From contig OZ024741.1 in assembly GCA_964016885.1 (NCBI GenBank), positions 178,250,001 through 178,314,000 on the forward strand: 64,000 nucleotides of DNA. The letters are read 5' to 3'. A program made the position numbers and the translations under genes. The notes beneath the pieces are model-generated. The model was not told the DNA's origin. It searched no databases and was given only the letters and a program-made list of their open reading frames with translations. The stretch is from Eledone cirrhosa. Lineage: Eukaryota. Every line of letters starts with the position of its first letter. Position 1 is the first letter of the stretch. Positions 54,601-64,000 of this stretch are shown one piece after another.

Positions 54601-54781
54601 ATTCGGGCAGTTTGTTTATAATAAATGTTCGGTAAACCCATACGTACATATATATATATGTGCATGTATGTATGTATATACATACTACTGTGCGTCTGTA
54701 TACATATATGTATGTGCGTATACATACTTATATTTAAGTATCAGCCGTACTAAGAGTGAGAAATGAAATTTCATTTTTACC

Positions 54782-54815
<34 letters not shown>

Positions 54816-57800
54816 GTAGAAATTAAGTAAAAATCTCAAAAGCTATCAGAGCCCTCATTACGGAGAAAGAGTTATGATTTCATTAGCGTATTGACACATG
54901 CCAATTCGTCGGTTCACCATCCATCATGATATGACGAACTGATAAGTTGGGGTATTTCAATAAGCTAGTGAAACGCTCATATTCACGTTATGTAATTGTA
55001 ATGATTTAATTTAATTTTATATACATAGGTATATAAATGTGTGTGTGTGTTTTGTGTGTATCTGTGTGTGTCTGTGTATTTAATACATTTTAATTAAGCA
55101 TACATATTCGTAGCATACCCTGTTTCATTATATTAGAAGAGTAATCGTATCTAAAGACAAGACATCGAGCACAGGACCTAATGATACTTTATATATCGAT
55201 TTAAAAAACATATTAATCTGGGCGTGCGTTGAACTCAACGCACAGTCTGTCGGACTGAAAACTACAAAGCATTATATACGCCACTCTAGCGACTGTCCAT
55301 TCACCACATATCTTTCATAATATAGTTAATATTAAAAACATAGCTTGGAGACAATTATGGAATGAAACGTGATGTTTTAATATGACGATGCAATAGAGAA
55401 TAATGGTATACATAGTAAAAGATTCATCAGATAGAGTTGTGGAATTATCTGAATTTATCGGATCTTACTTCAAATAGCTAATGTTACTGATAATTTCTTA
55501 TAATCTATCACCATAAGAAATTTACAAAGATCTGCTATACTGTGTATCTTAGGAAGATTCTTATCCGGAAAAGAACACAACTGTTTTCTTTTTTCTCCTT
55601 TTTATATTAATGAAAAATAACTTGTTAAATCCACTGAAGGTATTGTTGGTTCGAAGACCAAGTTTAACGAGAGAGGAACTCAATTCCCAGTGGCATTAAA
55701 TATGTACACTAGAGAGACAAAAACTAAATTATTCAGAGAAATTTGTTTAATACGTGAAATATATCCTCTTTTGCGGTTACATATAACGTAATAAAGCAAA
55801 CATTTATACAGTTTTGATACTATTAATATACCAGAACATAAGTTGGACCTATCTCATTGTTTATTCCAGATGCAGACTTGAACCAGCATAATTATGATAA
55901 AACTCATTCTACTCATGACCAAACCCGTAATTGTGTTTGGAAGAAAATGTGTCGTTTCGGTTTCCTAAAGATTACAACGTGTGATTCAAAGAACAGTGAG
56001 CTGTTGTAAATTGTGTAACCTTGTATAGGCATTCTTGGTGGAGTGGTATGCAGAAATAGTTTTAAGGGCACCAGTATATTGTTGGGATAGTGTGTGATTT
56101 AGTACTCACACACCATCCCAACAATATACTGGTGATGCTCGGCTAATGATTGCAAAGTCACTAGTTCTATTTCCGATAGTGCGTTTATCAAGACACTTTA
56201 TATCATGTTGTTTATGTCCACTCAGTTGGCAAAGAGGCGTTTTGCTTGTGTGCATAGCTTTGTGGCACAGTGTTTCAGGCTGAATTTCCCCGATAATTAC
56301 GTTACGCGCATACGGGTTTATGAAATACTCACCCATTTGCATGTAAATTACATAAGCAGAGTTCACCCTTAGTAAAAGACCTAGGCCACACATCGTCGGA
56401 CCAGATGGATTTCCAAAAATAACACCAAAACCAACTACTAAAATATTATTAGGATGTTAGAATAATATTGAATGTTTTTGCGATGTTGCCGTGTCAACGT
56501 TTTACTGTTCAGTAAAATATTTTCTCGGAAATGTAATTACACTTAATGGATATTGAATGTTATTGTTTTTACTGTCTTTTTATTACTTACTCACCTAATT
56601 GCTTTCGTGCTGTTAAGTGCCCTGTAAACAACATTTCCTTAATATGCATATTTTTTTTAATGTCATTTTAATTCCTTCGAGCTTCACGTTTACCGAAAAT
56701 GTTTTTCTCTTGGAGATAAATAACCTATGTGATTGCACAGGAAATATACCCGCTCATGTTTACACCAAGGAGACTTATAGCTTTACTTGGCCAATGGTCT
56801 GAAATTACACAAGACAAAGTTATAGCTTAGAAATTCATTCCGTGAATGTAAAGGTTTTATTTTTTCAACAGAAAATGAAAAACAAAAACACAAAAACAAT
56901 CAGGCCGTACACCAGTGTTCCATGAAAATAGGTTTTCAATGTCACTTTTATCGGAAAAACGCATCGACTAGCTTCATAGATTTGTTTTCTTGATATATCT
57001 AGAATGCAATTATAATATTCTTCCGAAACTGCTTCAATTTCAGCTAGAAACGTATATGTGTTTCCCATGCAGGTGTCTTAGATTAACTCTGAGTAAAGTA
57101 GTAGGAGATTTGAAAATATATTTATACTATCATAAGTAATTCTCCTCGTTGTATTATCTAGAATCCAAACATATATACATGTGTACGCGTAGGCGAATGC
57201 ATCTCGTCTATTCTATTCAAATATTACCTACGAGCTAGTAATTTAATGCTATCTCAAGCGCTTCGTATATATGAAGTTCTCAACGAGAATACAACTTAAT
57301 TATTCTTGTGTTTACCAATAAATTTCATGACAAAATTTATAACTAAATAAATAAAAATATTCGTTTTAAAGACGGTATGCATATCACGTTTGATTGTTTG
57401 TTTGTTGCCTTCTTGATTTAAAGAATATGATTGAAATTCAAAGATTCTACTATCTGAAATTAAATCGGCTTTCTTATCTTTACTTCCACATACAGTGGTG
57501 CTGTGACATAGATTTATTAGCGCTATCCTGCGTATAACTTCTTGGACGAAATATAAACGATATCCCAAACGGATAAGGGAATCTAATATGGCATATCTAT
57601 ATGGAATATATTTATTTTCAATATAAAACTTTATCTCAATCACTTTCTTAACTTCATGCGATTTCTTTATTATCGACAGCGGAGATGATAGCACGTTAAC
57701 ATCTGATGGATACACGTTGCCTATTTGAAAGATATCACATGATCGCTTGTGTAGATGGAAAATGTCAATTGCTGAGATAGATAAAATGATAGAAACATGT

Positions 57801-57859
57801 TCAAATCAAATACATACGAATGTACACTAAATCGTTATAATTATGGCCGTTATAAAATA

Positions 57860-58042
57860 ACTGTTTCTACTTTTGGCACAAGGCCAGCAATTACCCAGTA
57901 CATTACTGGTACTTTATTTTATCGACCCCGTAAGGATGAAAGGCAAAGTTAACCTCGGCGGGATTTGAACTCAGATCGTAAAGGGACGTAACTATGCTGC
58001 AAAGCATGGCGTCCGACTCTCTACCGATACTGACAATTCACT
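57860..58042 (-). mobile_element. SINE
   Basis: Reverse complement of the 6284 family. Confidence 0.88.
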
Positions 58043-59461
58043 TTATAAAATAATGTTAACCTAACACGTTATGTGATAAACAATTTCATATCTTCCATGC
58101 ACATTGTGTTAGCTAGGCACTTTGGTTAAGTGTTTTGTAAATATCGGCACACCTTCGTGTCAGTAATACAATATAGTTTTCATATAAAAGTATAATTCCT
58201 CAAAATATCCTAAAGTAACTCAATTGGGGTTGTTTCTTGATTGTTTTCAAATTTGATCATTCGACTACAAAAGAGGGTAAGGCTTACACAGCTATAAAGA
58301 AATTATACCCCGTTTATTGTACCTTAAAAGAATCGAATGGAAAATTTAAATGGTTTCAATGATTGACCTAAAAGTGAGGAACCAATAGAATTTAGAACTA
58401 ATCATAGATTTAACAAAATTACATAATACAAATATGTTTTGAATACTTAGAATAGAATCAATTCAATGATTTATTATTGCTGTTTTCTTAGCACTAGGTC
58501 AGATCTTGTTTGGTCAGATTATACAAGCAAGGAACCAGTATAATTAATAAGGAACTAAGCATATATTTAACGAATGGGCGAAGATGTATGGTAATACAAA
58601 TAAAATGTTTGAACAAAATCAATTTCCTGCACATTAAGTAATCACGTATATGCTCCCTCATTGCTTATTTTCGTACTTTTTGTATTTTTGAAGTGCGAGT
58701 GAAAATACATGAAAGGTTCTTTCTTTATTTACCTCTTAGCAATGTTCAGATATGATAATTTACTATGTATGGATAGTCTCACCTATAACTCAACACAACT
58801 CAAACAGGTGTTGTCCTTCAATTCTCTACCAGTTAATAGATAGCTATGTACCGCGCGATCGATATATATCATTATGATGATCACTTTAAAAAGAGACTTC
58901 GTCTCTATTTTAAGCGAAAATTCGTTTGATTACTACCTGACTAAATTATGGGTCGTGTGTACCTAAAATAGATGAAAAGAAAAACGACTAATGGCTTTAA
59001 TTGATTACAAGCTCGTATTTAGGCTGCTTGTTTTGTTGTACTATACACAAATACCAGACACAAAAGTGAGAACTGGCAGCAATTCGATGTCCATTATAAT
59101 TCTGTTACAAATCACAAGACTTTGTTCTATGAAACTGTATTTTAGTATTTTCGTTTTTCAAGATACTATCTTAACAAGTAGTTTCTTTTTATGATCCCAT
59201 ATTTTTGGTGGAAGCAAATTGAATGCGCATGTAAAAATAAAGATAAAATTTAGAACAGTAGTTAAAGAAGGTAATTGTCGTTGTTGAGTTTAGTATGAAG
59301 ACCACGCGTTCTTTTGCTCTGTTCACAACACATTCAATATAGAATAATTTATTTATTACCACTCTGCAACAATGAATTCATTGCGCGTTTATCGCTGTCT
59401 TCCAGATAAATCAAATCTTCGTGATGCACCCTAGCAAATATTACACCGATAGAAGCCTATT

Positions 59462-59507
<46 letters not shown>

Positions 59508-59660
59508 ATAAATGCTCTGAAATAGCGATATATATGTGAATATAGACATAGAATATTCGAAAATATTCTGTATGTTTATAATAAACATTTTGAAGACCTA
59601 ATCGCTATAGAATAGAATACGTCACGTATTACAATTAGATTCTCGATAAAAGCAAGGGAA

Positions 59661-59703
59661 GTAATCTACGCGTTTCATTCTTGTTAGAATTCATCAGGAC
59701 TAC
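59661..59703 (-). ncRNA. Type I hammerhead ribozyme (identical copies at 59971-60013 and 60281-60323)
   Basis: Reverse complement of gtagtc CTGATGA attc-taacaa-gaat GAAAcgcGTA gattac. Confidence 0.88.
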
Positions 59704-60746
59704 ATATCCAGTGCTTTTATCGAGAATGACACAGCTAGAGACTTATAGAATACTTAGCTGTGTACAGGAACTGGTTTGAAAGAGCGGTTGCCGGTCCGGC
59801 AGAAATTAGAAATTGGAATAAATGCTCTGAAATAGCGATATATATGTGAATATAGACATAGAATATTCGAAAATATTCTGTATGTTTATAATAAACATTT
59901 TGAAGACCTAATCGCTATAGAATAGAATACGTCACGTATTACAATTAGATTCTCGATAAAAGCAAGGGAAGTAATCTACGCGTTTCATTCTTGTTAGAAT
60001 TCATCAGGACTACATATCCAGTGCTTTTATCGAGAATGACACAGCTAGAGACTTATAGAATACTTAGCTGTGTACAGGAACTGGTTTGAAAGAGCGGTTG
60101 CCGGTCCGGCAGAAATTAGAAATTGGAATAAATGCTCTGAAATAGCGATATATATGTGAATATAGACATAGAATATTCGAAAATATTCTGTATGTTTATA
60201 ATAAACATTTTGAAGACCTAATCGCTATAGAATAGAATACGTCACGTATTACAATTAGATTCTCGATAAAAGCAAGGGAAGTAATCTACGCGTTTCATTC
60301 TTGTTAGAATTCATCAGGACTACATATCCAGTGCTTTTATCGAGAATGACACAGCTAGAGACTTATAGAATACTTAGCTGTGTACAGGAACTGGTTTGAA
60401 AGAGCGGTTGCCGGTCCGGCAGAAATTAGAAATTGGAATAAATGCTCTGAAATAGCGATATATATGTGAATATAGACATAGAATATTCGAAAATATTCTG
60501 TATGTTTATAATAAACATTTTGAAGACCATTGTAATACGTGACGTATTCTATTCTATAGCGATTAGGTCTTTAATATTTTCGAATATTCTATGTCTATAT
60601 TCACATATATATCGCTATTTCAGAGCATTTATTCCAATTTCTAATTTCTGCCGGACCGGCAACCGCTCTTTCAAACCAGTTCCTGTACACAGCTAAGTAT
60701 TCTATAAGTCTCTAGCTGTGTCATTCTCGATAAAAGCACTGGATAT

Positions 60747-60789
60747 GTAGTCCTGATGAATTCTAACAAGAATGAAACGCGTAGATTAC
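60747..60789 (+). ncRNA. Type I hammerhead ribozyme (identical copies at 61057-61099, 61367-61409, 61677-61719)
   Basis: Stem I gtagtc/gattac, core CTGATGA, stem II attc/gaat, GAAA, palindromic stem III acgcgt, GUA cleavage after 60783; stem I extended by a 16-bp helix 60723-60738/60796-60811. Confidence 0.9.
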
Positions 60790-62052
60790 TTCCCTTGCTT
60801 TTATCGAGAATCTAATTGTAATACGTGACGTATTCTATTCTATAGCGATTAGGTCTTCAAAATGTTTATTATAAACATACAGAATATTTTCGAATATTCT
60901 ATGTCTATATTCACATATATATCGCTATTTCAGAGCATTTATTCCAATTCCTAATTTCTGCCGGACCGGCAACCGCTCTTTCAAACCAGTTCCTGTACAC
61001 AGCTAAGTATTCTATAAGTCTCTAGCTGTGTCATTCTCGATAAAAGCACTGGATATGTAGTCCTGATGAATTCTAACAAGAATGAAACGCGTAGATTACT
61101 TCCCTTGCTTTTATCGAGAATCTAATTGTAATACGTGACGTATTCTATTCTATAGCGATTAGGTCTTCAAAATGTTTATTATAAACATACAGAATATTTT
61201 CGAATATTCTATGTCTATATTCACATATATATCGCTATTTCAGAGCATTTATTCCAATTTCTAATTTCTGCCGGACCGGCAACCGCTCTTTCAAACCAGT
61301 TCCTGTACACAGCTAAGTATTCTATAAGTCTCTAGCTGTGTCATTCTCGATAAAAGCACTGGATATGTAGTCCTGATGAATTCTAACAAGAATGAAACGC
61401 GTAGATTACTTCCCTTGCTTTTATCGAGAATCTAATTGTAATACGTGACGTATTCTATTCTATAGCGATTAGGTCTTCAAAATGTTTATTATAAACATAC
61501 AGAATATTTTCGAATATTCTATGTCTATATTCACATATATATCGCTATTTCAGAGCATTTATTCCAATTTCTAATTTCTGCCGGACCGGCAACCGCTCTT
61601 TCAAACCAGTTCCTGTACACAGCTAAGTATTCTATAAGTCTCTAGCTGTGTCATTCTCGATAAAAGCACTGGATATGTAGTCCTGATGAATTCTAACAAG
61701 AATGAAACGCGTAGATTACTTCCCTTGCTTTTATCGAGAATCTAATTGTAATACGTGACGTATTCTATTCTATAGCGATTAGGTCTTCAAAATGTTTATT
61801 ATAAACATACAGAATATTTTCGAATATTCTATGTCTATATTCATATATATATATATATATATATAGGAAAATGTATGAATCCGACAGCAGAGCTCAAGCC
61901 GTTTCGACGGCTATTTCTAAACTAAATTATAATTTTTACCGTGTTAAATAAAAAGCCGAACTTTTCAAGGGGTAATTCCTTATATGGGAAGATTGTAGTT
62001 TTCAAGAGGACTGGTGCGTTATGGTCCATCTGGTTCCTTACCACAACTGCTT

Positions 62053-62090
<38 letters not shown>

Positions 62091-62289
62091 CTGAGGACGG
62101 CATGTATATGTGAAGCTATGTATATTTCCTCTGATAATTTGTAATATTTTTACATAGATCTATATGATATACATACCAACACACATATACATCCCGGAAA
62201 CGATCGTAAATTGATGATTTTTTTAATATAAGGAACTTGTTCTTTGTTTTTATTTCATTGTTTATATTAATTTATATATATATATATGT

Positions 62290-62865
62290 AGAAGGCGAGT
62301 AATAGTGTAGAACAATAAAACTATGCATACATTACATAAGTAGCACACAACACTTGGTAGAACTGGAGTATATATTAAAGAAAAAATTAGAAGATGGTTA
62401 AAGAAGTTCCATATATTTTATTATGCGCATTTCGAAAACAACATCATCCTGGGACAACAATTGTGTTGTCATCAGATAAAATAAGGTAACATGATATGAC
62501 GCCTAAAAACCCATGTCAACAAGAAATGTAGACTGCACACTTTCTTGTTGACATGTGTTTTTAGGCCTCATATCATGTTACCTTATTTTTTCTGATGCGA
62601 ACATAATTTTTGTCCCAGAATAATGTTGTTTTCGAAATGCGCATAATAAAATATATGGAACATCTTTAACCATCTTTTAATTTCTTCTTTAATGATATAT
62701 AGACTGGACACTTTCTTGTTGACATGTGATTTTAGGCCTCATATCGTGTTACCTTATTTTATCTGATGAGGACACAATTTTTGTCCCAAGATGATGTTGT
62801 TTTCGAAATGCGCATAATAAAATATATGGAACTTCTTTAACCATCTTTTAATTTCTTCTTTTATA
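62290..62865. mobile_element. ~170-bp pLTR-like unit: one inverted copy with tail plus two direct copies, each with an HHR-like motif
   Basis: 62378-62530 (-), 62538-62692 (+), 62709-62862 (+); ttttat CTGATGA...gttttc GAAAtgcgcATA ataaaa at 62757-62822. Confidence 0.8.
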
Positions 62866-62900
62866 TACGTATATATATTATATATATATTATATATATTT

Positions 62901-63020
<120 letters not shown>

Positions 63021-63028
63021 TACATATA

Positions 63029-63147
<119 letters not shown>

Positions 63148-63373
63148 TTGTGTGTGATATATATAATATATATATGTATATATATAATTTATATACACAT
63201 AGTAATAATAATAAATTTGAAGACTAAAATCCAAAGACGGCTTTGATAAGGGTAAATATATATCAAATATATGAGAACCCTAGAGCAAAAATATATATGT
63301 GTATATTTATATATAAATTAAACACACACACACACACATGCTTACGCACGAGTACGAGTATAGCTCTTTTTAC

Positions 63374-63595
63374 AAAACGGTTTTTTCCCATTTCAGGTAG
63401 ACTTGCTCCATCATCCACTTTTCTAAAAAATAAATCATACACAAAACGCCTGCATCAACAGTTTTGCAAGAGATGTCAACATGAATGAATTTGTTATTTT
63501 TATCTCAGGACATTTTTTCCAATTCCATCCCGCCCGTCCCCTTAATCTATCTTATTTCTCATTCTTTCTTCTGATGAAGGACTAGCGTCCGAAAC
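63374..63595 (+). mobile_element. pLTR-like unit of the 16.4 kb family, HHR cut off after GAAAC
   Basis: tcttctgatgaaggactagcgtccgaaac at 63567-63595, then unrelated sequence. Confidence 0.75.
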
Positions 63596-63676
63596 ACTAT
63601 ATAGATATAGTGGTAGAACACTGGAAGGTAATATCCGTAGTGGTAGAGCACTCAGTCCATGGGACGAGTTAGGTAG

Positions 63677-63810
63677 AAGTGGTTACACAACAGTTAGTTC
63701 ACCATACCGAGGACAATTGTTTCACCATTAGCGGATCCTCAGCGCGAGGTGAGGATCCACTAAGGTGAAACAATTGTTCTCGTTATGATGAACTAACTGT
63801 AGTGTAACCA

Positions 63811-63813
<3 letters not shown>
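63677..63813. repeat. Fold-back hairpin with HHR 3' half; related fragment at 6026-6078
   Basis: aagtggttacac..gttcaccatacc..acaattgtttcacc..ggatcctca / tgaggatcc..ggtGAAAcaattGTTctcg..gtgtaaccactt. Confidence 0.8.
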
Positions 63814-63899
<86 letters not shown>

Positions 63900-64000
63900 A
63901 TATATATGTAGATAAATCTACCAAAAAGTTACGGTAGTGTCCAATCCGTATGAACAACTCAATGTAATCCGGATATCATGAAAAGAGAAGATGCATTCAA

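Larger units (their letters stand above)
59502..61843. repeat. 310-bp HHR-containing tandem array: ~3.3 copies on -, ~4.3 copies on +, inversion at 60528/60529
   Basis: attggaataaatg at 59502, 59812, 60122, 60432; reverse-complement copies afterwards; (TA)n on both flanks. Confidence 0.97.

Noticed and set aside
59502-61843. Array inversion as a simple long-read fold-back artefact
   Set aside because: The junction is asymmetric with a private 25-nt loss, the flanks differ, and older diverged fold-backs of the same type are common nearby; not fully excluded without reads

Overview
AT-rich, microsatellite-laden eukaryotic (metazoan) DNA; the tRNA-derived SINE family resembles octopus SINEs, so a cephalopod origin is likely (inference). 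Almost everything recognisable is transposon-derived: an RTE-type LINE with an open ORF running off the left edge and a hierarchical tandem array beyond its 5' end, a second decayed RTE, two non-autonomous Helitrons, three head-to-tail Tx1/L1-clade LINEs separated by (ATT)n tracts, about nine SINE copies, and many Penelope-like element (PLE) remnants (RT with YRDD, C-terminal GIY-YIG). The most striking signal: most large fold-back (inverted) repeats in the window are PLE pseudo-LTR-like units carrying a type I hammerhead ribozyme (HHR) motif (CUGANGA...GAAA...NUH), from roughly ten sequence families, several with unusually long stem II insertions. At 59.5-61.8 kb a near-identical, non-coding, highly structured 310-bp unit with one HHR per copy forms a tandem array that flips orientation in the middle (3 HHRs on -, 4 on +). 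It looks like a retrozyme-type array able to yield 310-nt monomer/circular RNAs. No host gene is confidently identified; weak exon candidates lie at 56-58 kb. All ribozyme folds were read by eye, not computed.
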